64,000 nt of DNA, from contig OY969474.1 in assembly GCA_963700145.1 (NCBI GenBank), positions 864,001 to 928,000 on the forward strand, written 5' to 3'. A model generated the notes under the pieces. It worked only from the letters and a program-made list of their open reading frames with translations. It had not been told where the DNA came from and ran no database searches. This stretch comes from an uncultured Acidobacteriota bacterium. Lineage in GTDB: Bacteria > Acidobacteriota > Thermoanaerobaculia > Multivoradales > UBA5704. Position numbers and translations under genes: made by a program. Of the stretch, positions 9,029-19,400 are shown one piece after another; position 1 is the first letter of the stretch; each line of letters begins with the position of its first letter.

Positions 9029-9610
9029 CTACTTGGCTGGGGGTTTCGAGTCGAGGAGCGCGAGAATCTCGCGAGCCGCTCGAAGGGCCTGTTCGATCCC
9101 CGCGCGCAGGGTTTCTACTCGCTCGGCGCCCCGAGTGTCAAGCCGCGGTGCCGGCTTCACGACCCGCGCGACGGGCGCCGGCGGCGCCTCGAGCGCGAGT
9201 TGCTCGGCGACCTCGGCGGAGTCGGCGCCGGCGTCGTCTTCGTCGGGCGCCGCCGCCGGCCCTTCCTCCGGCGCCTCGTCCTCACCCTCCTCCCCCACTT
9301 CCGCGCGCTCGACCTCGTCGGCGTCGTCCGGCTCCACCCGCCCCAGCGTCCCCGCCGCCAGCTCGCCTTCGAGCTTCTTCTTGGCGCCGGCGATCGTGTA
9401 GCCCTCGTCGTAGAGCAGCTCCTTGATCCGCCGGATGACCGCCAGCTCCTTCTCGTTGTAGACCCGCTGGCCGGAGCGGCTCTTGGCCGGCGACAGCGCC
9501 GGGAACTCGGTCTCCCAGTAGCGCAGGACGTAGGGCTGGATGTCGAGCATCCGGCAGGCCTCGCCGATCTTGTAGTAGAGGCGCTTCTGCACCCGCAGCC
9601 GCGACGGCAT
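9029..9610 (-). CDS. MerR family transcriptional regulator with acidic low-complexity insert
   Basis: YYKIGE....L....YVLRYWETEFP.L.P.K...GQR.Y...IKELLYDEGYTIAGA, in the usual IHF-merR-tRNA-Pro context. Confidence 0.92.
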   Translation of the reverse strand: MPSRLRVQKRLYYKIGEACRMLDIQPYVLRYWETEFPALSPAKSRSGQRVYNEKELAVIRRIKELLYDEGYTIAGAKKKLEGELAAGTLGRVEPDDADEVERAEVGEEGEDEAPEEGPAAAPDEDDAGADSAEVAEQLALEAPPAPVARVVKPAPRLDTRGAERVETLRAGIEQALRAAREILALLDSKPPAK

Positions 9611-9613
9611 CGG

Positions 9614-9958
9614 CTACGAGCCCCGCGGCGGGCGCGGGAGGCGCGCCGGCGTCATCACGTCGCGCAGCCGGCGGGCCGGGCGGAAAGCGAGGCCGCGGTG
9701 GGCGGGGATGAAGATCTTCTCGCCGCTCACCGGGCTGACACCGGTGCGCCCGGGACGCGAGGTGATCTCGAAGGTCCCGAAGTTCTTGATCCGCACCCGC
9801 CGGCCGCTGCCCAAGTTGGACTTGACGGTCGAGAAGATCGCCTCGACGATCTCCGCCGCCTCGTCCTTGGTGATCCCGCCGTGGCGGTCGTAGACCACCT
9901 CGACGAGGTCCGCCTTGGTCATGCCCGGCCGCGCGCCCGTGCTCTTCCTCGTGGCCAT
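9614..9958 (-). CDS. Integration host factor / HU family DNA-binding protein
   Basis: MTKADLVE...V.I.NFGTFE...R.G..P..GE...IP......FRP motif. Confidence 0.92.
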   Translation of the reverse strand: MATRKSTGARPGMTKADLVEVVYDRHGGITKDEAAEIVEAIFSTVKSNLGSGRRVRIKNFGTFEITSRPGRTGVSPVSGEKIFIPAHRGLAFRPARRLRDVMTPARLPRPPRGS

Positions 9959-9991
9959 CCCCGGTCTCTCGGAACTGAAAGCGTTGCCTCA

Positions 9992-10021
9992 AGTATAGGC
10001 GCCCAACCCGGCACTGGGCAA
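9992..10021 (-). promoter_or_regulatory. Candidate sigma70 promoter for IHF/HU-merR-tRNA-Pro
   Basis: Minus strand TTGCCC-N18-TATACT, about 35 nt upstream of the ATG. Confidence 0.55.
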
Positions 10022-10037
10022 GGCGCGGAACGCCAGC

Positions 10038-13000
10038 CTACGCCCCGGAGGTCTTGGCGATCAACGCTTGGCTCAGAACGACGACTTCGGGGTACTTCGG
10101 CGACAGCTCGACGAGCAAGCCAAGCCAGTCCGTGACCTGGCCGGAGTCGAGCCGGCGGGCCTCGCGCAGGGCCTCAAGAGCGAGCTCGGCCTGCGAGCGG
10201 AGGGCAAGCGTGACCGCGCGATGGAACCACACCACAGCCTGCACCGCGGGCGGTACGTCGACGAACAAGCCGAGGCTGGCCAGCGCCTCGAGCGCGGCGA
10301 TCTCGTCGCGGCGGGCGAGGTTAGCCAGAAGCTCGGGAATGTGAGTCGGGTCGCCTAGGGCCGCGAATGCCGAGTCCTCTTGCCCGGAGCGAGCGAGCGC
10401 CAGCAGCGCCGCGTGCACGCCGAGGTTGGGATCGTCCGGGTGTTGCTCTTGGAGCGTGGCGAGAACGGCGGCGCCATCGCCCAGCAGCTCTTCGCGGCGC
10501 TCCGCCAGCAGGCTCCGCTTGGCCGCGAGGTCCGCGGCCATCCACTGGATCACGAGGTCTCTAGCGAGGAGCGGCCGGTAAGCCTCGTCAACGCCGTCGG
10601 CGCGGGCCTGTGCGAGAAGCTGCCGGAAGCCTTCGATCTCCGAGGGATGCCTGAAGCCGAGCGCGATCTCTTCGAGCGCCAGATCGGTCGACTCCGCCAG
10701 CAGCTCTCCGGCGTGCTCGGCGAAGAACTGCCGTGAGGCCGTGGCCGGGGAGGCCGCGAGCCACTGCTCGACCCGTTTGACATGCTCGCTTTCCAGTGCC
10801 AGCCATGCCGGCAGCGCCTCGCCGGTCGCCTCGCGCCAAGCGGCGTCGAACCAGCTCGCGCCGCGTCCGCGGAGCTGCCGAGCGGTCGCGTGCACGTCCG
10901 CAAGCAGATCGCGGCGGGCCGCCGGAGCGAGCGCGAGGGCGGCCAGCAGGTCGTCGACGGTGCGGCGGTCGTCGGGATCGCGCGTTTGGGCTTGCCGCAG
11001 CCGGAGAAATGCTTGCTGCGCGGAATTGCCCACCACCTCGATCGTGAGCCTCCATGCTTCTTCCGCGGACACCGCATCGCCAACCTCCCGGTATCGGCGA
11101 TCGAGGTTGTGGAGTGCTTTGGCCAGGCCGAGGGGAAACTCCGGGTTGGCGGCGGCGAGGTCGCGGTAGATCGCGACAGCCTCCTCAATCAGAGCAAGGG
11201 CCTCCTGGCGACGATCGCACTCGCTGTAGGTGTTGCCGAGATTGTTCAGCGCGAGGGCGAGGCGCGGCAGCAGTCCGGGGTTGACGGCGGCGAGATCGCG
11301 GTAGATCGCGACGGCCTCCTCGCTGGGAGCGAGTGCTTCCTCGTGGCGACCGAGTACGGCGTGGCCGGTGCCCAGGTTGTTCAGCGCGCGGGCGAGGTCT
11401 GGAAGGAATGCGGGGTTGGTGGCAGCGAGGTCGCGCCAGATCGCGACGGCCTCTTGGGTAGAAGCGAGAGCCTCCTGGCCGAGTTCGTCGTGGTGCCCGG
11501 CCAGATTATTCAGAGCGCTCGCGAGGTCCGGGAGGAACGCGGGATTGGCGGCGGCGAGATTGCGGTAGAGCACGACGGCCTCTTGGGTACAAGCGAAGGC
11601 CTCCTGGCGGCAGCCGAGTTGGTTGTAGCGGCCGCCCAGATTATTCAGAGCGCTCGCTAGGTCTGGAAGGAACGCGGGGTTCGTGGCAGCGAGGTCGCGG
11701 ACGAGCGCGACGGCCTGCTGAGTAGAAGCGAAGGCCTCCTGGCGGCGGCTGAGCTCGCCATAGCGGTTACCCAGGCTGTTGAGCGCGGCGGCTAGATCCG
11801 GGAGGAATGCGGGGTTACTGGCGGAGAGGTCGTGGTAGATCTGGACCGCCTCCGCGCTGGGAGCGAGTGCCTCCTGGCGGCGCCCGAGTTGGCCGTAACT
11901 GGCGCCCAGGTTGGTGAGCGCCATGGCGAAGTGGGGAAGGAACGCGGGCTCGTCGGCGTCGAGATTGGAGTAGATCGCGACAGCCTCTTGGGTAGAAGCG
12001 AGCGCCTCCTGGCGGTGGCCGAGCTCACTGTGGCGGATGCCCAGGTTGTTCAGCGCGCGGGCGAGGTCTAGGAGGAACCCGGGGTTGGTGGCGGCGAGGT
12101 CGCGGTAGATCGCGACGGCCTCCTCGGTGGGAGCGAAGGCCTCCTGGCGGCGGCCGAGTTCGCTGTGGCGGTTGCCCAGGTTGGTGAGCGTGCTGGCGAG
12201 GTCAGGAAGGAACCTGCGGTTCGTCGCGGCGAGCTCGCGGCCGATCACGAGGGCCTCCTCGGTGGGGGCGAAGGCCTCCTCGCGGCGACCAACCTCGCTG
12301 TAGCGGCCGCCCAGATTGTTCAGAGCGCTTGCTAGGTCCGGAAGGAACGCGGGGTTGGTGGTAGCGAGGTCGCGGTAGATCGCGACGGCCTCCTGAGTAG
12401 AAGCGAAGGCCTCCTGGCGGCGGCCGAGCTCGCCGTAGCGGGTGCCCAGGTTGTTGAGCGTGCCGGCGAGGTTTGGAAGGAACGCGGGGTTCGTGGCGGC
12501 GAGGTCGCGGTAGATCGCAGCGGCCTCCTCGGTCAATGGGAAGGCCTCCCATCGGCGGCCGAGCTCGCTGTAACGGCCGCCTAGGTTGTTGAGCGTGCCG
12601 GCGAGGTTTGGGAGGAACGCGGGGTTCGTGGCGGCGAGGCCGCGGTAGATCGCGACAGCCTCTTGGGTCGATGCGAAGGCCTCCTGACGCTTGCCGACCT
12701 CGCCGTAGCGGTTGCCCAGGTTGTTAAGCGCGCCCGCGAGGTTCGGGAGAAAAGCGGGGTTGGCGGCGGAGAGGGCGCGGTAGATCTCGACCGCCTCTTG
12801 GGAGGGAACGAGGGCCTCCTGCCGGTGCCCGACCTCGCTGTAGCTGGCGCCCAAGTAGTCAAGCGCGCGGCCGAGGCCGGGCAGGAAGGCGGGGGCGTCG
12901 CGGTCAGCCAGCCGGCGCACCAACTCAATGCCTGGCGCGCCGCTCTCGGCACCATGGAGCCAGGCATAACGCCAGAGGTAGGTGGTGGCGGTGGGAGGCT

Positions 13001-14981
13001 CACCCGCTTCGAGCAGGACGAGATAGTGATCGATCAGCGCCTTCGCCAGCGTTGTCGCCTTGGTTTCCTTCACAGCGTCTTCGGGTTCGGCGAATCGCGA
13101 CTGCAGATGCTCAGCCAGCCGCTGGTGGGACAGGCGATAGACGCTCCGGCCGCCTTCGCCCGCTTCGACCACGTACCGGCCGGCCAAACCGAGAAGCCAG
13201 TAAATGTCGTCACGCGTGTAGATAGTTGATGCTGGCGAGAGAGCGGTCGCCGCGATCGCCCAGAGATCGTCGGGCAAGCCGGCGCCCTTGCCCCAAGTCA
13301 GCGTCGCGAGAACTTCGAGCGCCGCCTGCGGGAGCTCGACGTCGTGCCGGCGGAGCGGCGGGATACGCGCCAGGTCGCGGTCAAACGCGTCGGCAAGGGT
13401 CCGACTGAGTTGTGTTTCCCACCCGGCGGTCTCCGTGTCGATGGGTTCGGCTCGGAGCTGAGCGGTGATGACCCTGGCGAGCAGGAAGATCCCTTCGTCC
13501 TCTTCGCTCGCCAGGCGAAGGATGGCTCTCGCGATCTCAGCCGGGTCCATGGCGGGCGGTCCGGCGGCAGCGAGGCGTTTCGCCACGTAGCCGTGCAGGT
13601 CTTCGCGAGTAGCCTCGCGGAGAGCCTCCTCGCCGAGGTCTACCACCTCGGTGGGAGCCAGGCGCTGAATCAGCGAGGCCCCTCCGTCCGGGGCCGCCAC
13701 CTCGCGCGTACCGATGAGCACTCTGGAGACGGGCGCGAGCAGACGAAGGATGTCGTCGGCGATCTGCCATGCACCGTGGCCCGCCTCGTCGAGGCCGTCG
13801 ACCACGATGAGCGGGCGGCTTCTGCTCCGCTCGATGTCGCCTAGAAGGTCTCCGCGATTGCGCGGGCCGGATGGGTTCGACGGCAGCAGGCCGATGCGCA
13901 CGAGCTGCTCGTCGATCGCTTGCACAACCTGTTCGCCGGTAAGGCCGCGCGCGTGCACGTGGGCCTGCACCGAGCCTTCGCCGGGGTCCGCGTGTTCGAG
14001 CGGGCCGTGGCTGAGGAGCAGCGCACGCTCGGCGGGGTTCGAGAGGCTTACGATCCTGCCGACCACGGCTGACTTGCCGGAGCCGGCCGGTCCCGTCACC
14101 ACCAGGATGCCGGGTTGACGCGCTTGGAGCCACGCCACGATGCATGCCAGTGGCGTCACGCGCCCCGTGAAGTAGAAACCTTCCTCCTCCGGGTCGATCC
14201 CACGCGCCGCGAGGAGCAGGTGCTCGATAACCTGCGCCAGGGCCTGGGGATCGAAGTGCGGGTTCGGGAGCATCGTCCAGGCGTTGCCCTGCTGCACAAA
14301 GACGGGTTCCTGCTCCGCATCCCACTCCTTGATCAGTGCGTCGACGAGGTCGTCGCCCCGGACGCCGGCGTTGTGGGCGCTCCAACGGAGCATGAGCTCT
14401 GGCGTGCTCGGGCCCTTCTGGAGGAGCTTGCTCAAGCGCTCGGCGAAGATGCCGTCACGGGCTCGCTCGAGCGCCTGAGCGGACGTCACTACGCCGAACC
14501 ACACCCGCTCCGCGTGGGCCGGCCACGCCGCCAGGACCGCCTCGGCGACCTCAAGCGCCGGCAGTGCGCCGCCGCCTGAGTAGCAGGTGTCGAGGATGAG
14601 CAAGATCTGGCTGGCTCCGGTGCGCGCGGCCATCCCCGCCAGCAACTCGGGCGTGAGATCCGGAGCCCCGCTGCGCGGGCTGTTCCTGGCGATCAGGCGG
14701 AGTCTTCCCTCCGGTGTCCGATCGCCGTGACCCGCCCACATGAGGATCAGAGATCCTCCCTGCAGCAGCGAGTCGTTGGGAAGGGCCTCCTCGAGCAGTG
14801 GGATCACGTCCTCTCGGCGCGGATCCGGAATGACCCGCCCTTCGTACGACAGGCTCGTAAGCACCCCGCAGACTGCCTCAACGTCGGGAACTGCACGCGG
14901 CAGCGCCTCGTAGCTGTCGTAGGTGCCGACCGCCACGCCTACGAAGAGCCGAATCGGCCGTGGCTCCGGGGCCGGCGTCAC
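10038..14981 (-). CDS. Caspase-like (C14) protease + STAND/AAA NTPase + TPR array protein
   Basis: WAGHG and LDTCYSG (His/Cys dyad), Walker A GPAGSGKS, Walker B IVVDGLDE, and about 14 TPR-like repeats of 45 aa. Confidence 0.88.
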   Translation of the reverse strand: MTPAPEPRPIRLFVGVAVGTYDSYEALPRAVPDVEAVCGVLTSLSYEGRVIPDPRREDVIPLLEEALPNDSLLQGGSLILMWAGHGDRTPEGRLRLIARNSPRSGAPDLTPELLAGMAARTGASQILLILDTCYSGGGALPALEVAEAVLAAWPAHAERVWFGVVTSAQALERARDGIFAERLSKLLQKGPSTPELMLRWSAHNAGVRGDDLVDALIKEWDAEQEPVFVQQGNAWTMLPNPHFDPQALAQVIEHLLLAARGIDPEEEGFYFTGRVTPLACIVAWLQARQPGILVVTGPAGSGKSAVVGRIVSLSNPAERALLLSHGPLEHADPGEGSVQAHVHARGLTGEQVVQAIDEQLVRIGLLPSNPSGPRNRGDLLGDIERSRSRPLIVVDGLDEAGHGAWQIADDILRLLAPVSRVLIGTREVAAPDGGASLIQRLAPTEVVDLGEEALREATREDLHGYVAKRLAAAGPPAMDPAEIARAILRLASEEDEGIFLLARVITAQLRAEPIDTETAGWETQLSRTLADAFDRDLARIPPLRRHDVELPQAALEVLATLTWGKGAGLPDDLWAIAATALSPASTIYTRDDIYWLLGLAGRYVVEAGEGGRSVYRLSHQRLAEHLQSRFAEPEDAVKETKATTLAKALIDHYLVLLEAGEPPTATTYLWRYAWLHGAESGAPGIELVRRLADRDAPAFLPGLGRALDYLGASYSEVGHRQEALVPSQEAVEIYRALSAANPAFLPNLAGALNNLGNRYGEVGKRQEAFASTQEAVAIYRGLAATNPAFLPNLAGTLNNLGGRYSELGRRWEAFPLTEEAAAIYRDLAATNPAFLPNLAGTLNNLGTRYGELGRRQEAFASTQEAVAIYRDLATTNPAFLPDLASALNNLGGRYSEVGRREEAFAPTEEALVIGRELAATNRRFLPDLASTLTNLGNRHSELGRRQEAFAPTEEAVAIYRDLAATNPGFLLDLARALNNLGIRHSELGHRQEALASTQEAVAIYSNLDADEPAFLPHFAMALTNLGASYGQLGRRQEALAPSAEAVQIYHDLSASNPAFLPDLAAALNSLGNRYGELSRRQEAFASTQQAVALVRDLAATNPAFLPDLASALNNLGGRYNQLGCRQEAFACTQEAVVLYRNLAAANPAFLPDLASALNNLAGHHDELGQEALASTQEAVAIWRDLAATNPAFLPDLARALNNLGTGHAVLGRHEEALAPSEEAVAIYRDLAAVNPGLLPRLALALNNLGNTYSECDRRQEALALIEEAVAIYRDLAAANPEFPLGLAKALHNLDRRYREVGDAVSAEEAWRLTIEVVGNSAQQAFLRLRQAQTRDPDDRRTVDDLLAALALAPAARRDLLADVHATARQLRGRGASWFDAAWREATGEALPAWLALESEHVKRVEQWLAASPATASRQFFAEHAGELLAESTDLALEEIALGFRHPSEIEGFRQLLAQARADGVDEAYRPLLARDLVIQWMAADLAAKRSLLAERREELLGDGAAVLATLQEQHPDDPNLGVHAALLALARSGQEDSAFAALGDPTHIPELLANLARRDEIAALEALASLGLFVDVPPAVQAVVWFHRAVTLALRSQAELALEALREARRLDSGQVTDWLGLLVELSPKYPEVVVLSQALIAKTSGA
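11085..12895 (-). repeat. About 14 tandem 135-bp coding repeats (TPR-like)
   Basis: Unit AFLPDLASALNNLG.RY.ELGRRQEA...QEAVAIYRDLAATNP. Boundaries are approximate. Confidence 0.85.
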
Positions 14982-16390
14982 ACCGCCTCCGGATCCCAGA
15001 CCAGCACGCAGGTGGTGACCGCCTCCACCCAGCCGGCGGCCGCCTCGCCGGCGTCGACGACGATGCGGTAGGCGCCCGGCGCGAGAGGGCCGAGCGTGCC
15101 GCGCCGGACCTCGCGCTCGCGGCGCAGGCTCGCGACCTCGACCGCCCTGCCGCGCTCGTCGATCGCTCTCGCCTGGAGGCTCAGCCGCTCCTCGCGCGCC
15201 GGCAGCGCCGCGACACGCACCACCTCGCCGGCGCCGACCATCTCGTCCACCTCGACGCCCAGCTCGACGCCCGGCTCCGCCCTGCGGACCACGGGGCTCG
15301 CAGTGAGGATGCCTTCGATCTGGTCGAGGACGGCCTGGTTGCTCTGCAAGGCACCGTGCTGGTCGGCGACCCAGTGGATGCCCGGCGCGTCGGGCCGCAA
15401 CCCGCTCGGGGTCGCCGATAGGCAGGGAACGGTGGCGTCGCCGCCTTCGTCGTCGCCGGAGATCGTGCCGACGGGCTCGATCAGCTCGCCGGCGACGCGC
15501 GCGGTCGTCGCCGTCGGCTGCCGGAAACCGACGATCGGGTGCAGGTCGTAGGCGCCCGGCGGTCGCGCGACCGCCGCCTGGTCGAGCTCATCGTGGAAGC
15601 GCATGGCGTCGGCGACCATGGCAGAGTCGAGCTCGGGGAGCTCGACCTCCGTCGTCTTGCGCAGCTCCCCCGCTGACTCGACGCAGGCGTACTCGGGTAA
15701 GAGCTGGTGCAGCGCCGGCAGGCTGCGGCCGAAGGCCGTGAGGTCGAGCCGCAGCGGCCCGATCCCCTTGCGGACGCCATTCACCAACTGGCCGAGCGCG
15801 TTGAGCGCGCCGCGATAGGGCGTGCCGAGGGTGATCACTTTGCGGGTGACCTCGGCCCCGCCCTCCATCTCGATGTACCAGCGGGCGACGAGACCGCCCA
15901 TTGAATGGCAGATGAAGATCAGCTTGGCGTCGGCGAAGCGCCCGCCCTGCGACCGCCAGCGCTCGAGCACCGGTTCGATGATCTTCGTGAGGCGCCGGGC
16001 GTTGTAGCGGTTCGACAGGCGCCAGTCGTAGGGCACGGGTAGGAGGTTAGGGATGCGGTCTGGGTCACTCGGTGACGCCTCGACGAGGTGAAACCGCGAG
16101 CGAAGCCCGTCGAGGAGCTTGCTGTAGCCGAGGTTCCAGCTCCACACGCCGGGTAAGACATGTAGGTCCGGCATGAGCGCCACTGGCTCGACCCCATCGT
16201 CCGGGTGCTCGTCACCGATCCCTGCCGGCAATGCGAGTTGACGGATTGAGCTGCCGAAGGTTGCGATGGCTCGAAGCGCGGCGCCCGCGGACGGCGCCCA
16301 GACAAGCCGGCCGTCCTGAGCCAGGGTGCTGCCCAAGATGCCCGGCAGGACGACGATCACGTCGCGGAGGACGTGAGGCCCGGCAGCCAT
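14978..16390 (-). CDS. Alpha/beta-hydrolase, LCAT/PGAP1-like lipase-acyltransferase with extra C-terminal beta domain
   Basis: LPGILGS, YDWR, CHSMGG nucleophile elbow, GTPYRGA, GDATVP and HGAL. Its stop overlaps the GTG start of the caspase-STAND gene. Confidence 0.88.
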   Translation of the reverse strand: MAAGPHVLRDVIVVLPGILGSTLAQDGRLVWAPSAGAALRAIATFGSSIRQLALPAGIGDEHPDDGVEPVALMPDLHVLPGVWSWNLGYSKLLDGLRSRFHLVEASPSDPDRIPNLLPVPYDWRLSNRYNARRLTKIIEPVLERWRSQGGRFADAKLIFICHSMGGLVARWYIEMEGGAEVTRKVITLGTPYRGALNALGQLVNGVRKGIGPLRLDLTAFGRSLPALHQLLPEYACVESAGELRKTTEVELPELDSAMVADAMRFHDELDQAAVARPPGAYDLHPIVGFRQPTATTARVAGELIEPVGTISGDDEGGDATVPCLSATPSGLRPDAPGIHWVADQHGALQSNQAVLDQIEGILTASPVVRRAEPGVELGVEVDEMVGAGEVVRVAALPAREERLSLQARAIDERGRAVEVASLRREREVRRGTLGPLAPGAYRIVVDAGEAAAGWVEAVTTCVLVWDPEAV

Positions 16391-16482
16391 CCTCTCCTCC
16401 GATGCGGCGTCGAGGCGATCCCGCTGCGCGCAGGTGTCAGTGCGATTTTACCGCTCGGCGCAGGCTTGCCCGCCCGCCCGCC

Positions 16483-19400
16483 TTAGAGCGGCAGGTGGTC
16501 CGCGTAGCAGATCCGGCTTTCGACCTGGAACCCGCCGGTCGGGGACGGGTCGGCGGGGAGCCGCTCCCACTCCTCGACGACCACCCGCCAGTCCGCGTTT
16601 TCGCCCGGGCGACGCGGCGCCAGGGCCTGGGGCAGCTCGATCTGGCCGGCCCAGGAGACGACGGTGCCGTCGATGCCGAGGATCGGCAGGTCGACCTGCG
16701 CCACCGCCTGCCAGCCGAGGTCCGTGCCCACCGCCGCAACGCGCCGCTCGAGGCGGGCGCGGACGGTGCGCGAGGCTTGCACGTGGGCGACGAACGGCGG
16801 CGAGAAGATGAGCGAGGGCAGGAAGGTCTTCGGCACCCCGACCGGCCCGGTGACGACGACCCGGACGTGGCGGTCGTCGGGCCGCGTCAGCGTCGCCGTG
16901 CGCTCCGGCGTCAGCTGCGCGAAGTCGCACACCGTGACCGCCGAGAGGTGCATCCCGGGGTTGGAGTCGGGCTGGTAGCGGGCGACCGCGAGCCGGACGA
17001 AGGGCCAGAAGGCGGTGCGCGGGTCGAAGGCGACGTCGACGAACCAGAGCCCGCGCGCCGGCGAGAACTCCGGCTCGTAGCCGAGGACCCACACCGGGGG
17101 TGAGCCGGGGATGTCGACCAGGGAGCGCGCCGCCGGCGGGCCGACGGGACGGCCCGGGACGCGGCGGTCGTCGAGCCCGGTCAAGTGCAGGACGTCGGAC
17201 AGCGGCAGCGCCGCGCGGGCGGCCGGACCCTGCTGGGCCCACACCGGATCGGACGCCCACTGGCTGGTCGACTTCACCACCTCGGCGTCGTCGCTGGAGG
17301 CCAGGAGCACGCCGAGCAGCTCGCCGTCGCCGGTCGCGTACCACGGCCGGTCGAGGTAGATCCGCACGCCGCTGCGGCGGGTGCGGCGCAGCCCGAACGG
17401 CTGCGCGGGCTCGGTCCGCTCGTCCCACAGGAACAGCGGCAGCACGTCGCGCACCGCGGCCTTGGGCGGCCGCGCGCTGCTCAGGACGTTGAGCCGGCGC
17501 ACCGGGCCGACGAGCGACAGGTCGTCCACCGACGGCGTGACCAGCGGCGAGAAGTACTCCCGGTAGCGGGTCGTCGCCCGCACCCGGTAGTCCACCGTGC
17601 GGTGCTTGGTGTCGCCCATCTGGTGCACCGCCTTGTGGAGGCGCAGCGCGCCGCCGTCGGGGAGCGGCACACTGGAGTCCGTGCCGGCGAGCACGACGAG
17701 GTCCTCGTCGTAGCCGATCTCGGTGCCGCAGGCCGCGGCCACCACGTCCACCCGCTCCGGCGCCGGCTTGGCGACGTCGTCCACCCACTCGCTCCAGGCC
17801 CCTTCGACGTCGATCCGCTCGGTGCTCGGGCCGTGGACGTCGACGCCGCCGAACAGCGTCACCGCGGTGTCGAGGTTGGCGCGGATGGGCACCAGGATGG
17901 TCGGCCGCGGCACCTCGACCGGCTTGGGCACCGCGTGCACCAGGGTCATCTCGACCGACGGCGTCAGCCACCAGAACCAGCCGTCCGCGGCCGCCTCGGC
18001 GAGGATGTTGAGCGCGCGCAGCACCGGCGGCAGCGAGCGCCACAGCCCGAGGAGATCGAGCGAGGCGCGGTCCAGGCAGGACGACAGGCGCATCCGGAGC
18101 TGCTCGCCGGGCGGCACGGTGATGCGCAGCTCGGTGCCGTCCACCACCGCCCCCAGCTCGTCGCCGGCGGCGAGGACGAGCCGGTACGGCCGCGGCTCCG
18201 GCCAGGCGCCGGGGTAGCGCAGCGTGGTGCCTTCGACGGCCAGCAGGCCGGTCAGCCGGTGGTCCTTGCCGGCGTCCGGGAAGGTCAGCGAAATGCCGGC
18301 GGCCAGCGGGTCGGGCAGGTAGGGCACCACCAGCTCGTCGACGTCGTGGGCGACGTACTGCCCCGGGGTCGGCGGCTCGCCGCGCGGCAGCTCCTCGGGC
18401 GTCGCGTGCACCGGCTCCTCCGCCGTCGGCGAGAGGTGGAGCGTGACGCCGGGCTGCGGCAGGCGCTGCCCGGGGTTCGCCAGGTCGGCCACCGTGGTGT
18501 CGAAGAACGTGCCGGCCTCGCGCAGCGCCACCGCCAGCGCGGCGCGCACCGCGGCGGCCGAGCCGGAGCCGATGGCGGCGTCGAACATGCCGTGCAGCTC
18601 CGCCTCGAGCTGGCTGGTCTTGGGCGGTGCCAGGTGCCGCTGGCTGTCCTCGCCCCAGGCGAGGTCGACGGTCGGGTGCGCGGCGATCGTCGCCGGGACG
18701 TAGACCTCCGGCGGCACGATCGTGACCTCCAGGCCGCCCTCCTCCGCCGGCCCTGCCACGCCGGAGCGGATGACCAGCCGCTGCAGCGACTCGCCCTCGC
18801 TGAAGGCGTGCCGGGGCACGATGGCCGGCTCGATCACCGGGTCCCAGCGCAGGAACGGCCGCGGCGTCGTCACCGTCTGGCCGCTCTGGGCCACGGCCTC
18901 GGCGAGCGCCAGGCCGACGAAGCCGCGCTGCGTGCGCAGGTCGGTCGCCAGCGCGCGGCCGAAGACGGGCGCGGGTGTCTGGGCGTCGGTGCGGACCAGC
19001 AGGTGCGGCGCCTCGGCCGCCGCCACGTCGAAGGCGTTCTCGATCCGCTCCCGCCGCGCCGGGCCGGCGGCGCGCACGCGGGCGGCGCGGGCCGCCACCC
19101 GCGACACCACGAGCCGGTCGACGTCGGCGACGCCGGTGGGCTCGACCTCCGCCAGGCTCAGGCCCGGCACGCCGCGCCCCTCGATGGGGCCGGCGGCGCG
19201 CGGCGGGCGCAGCGCGCGCACCTCCTGCCGCACGACGTCCAGGCCGACCCGCGCCGACTCCAAGGCGGCCGGCACCGTCGCCTCGAGCGGCTTCGCCGCC
19301 AGCGTCGTGGCGGCGAAGGCGGTGACCGATTCCTCGATCGCGGGCCCGCCGCCGCTGTCGCCGTCCGGCGCGCCGGCGACGACGTGCGGCCGACTGTTGC

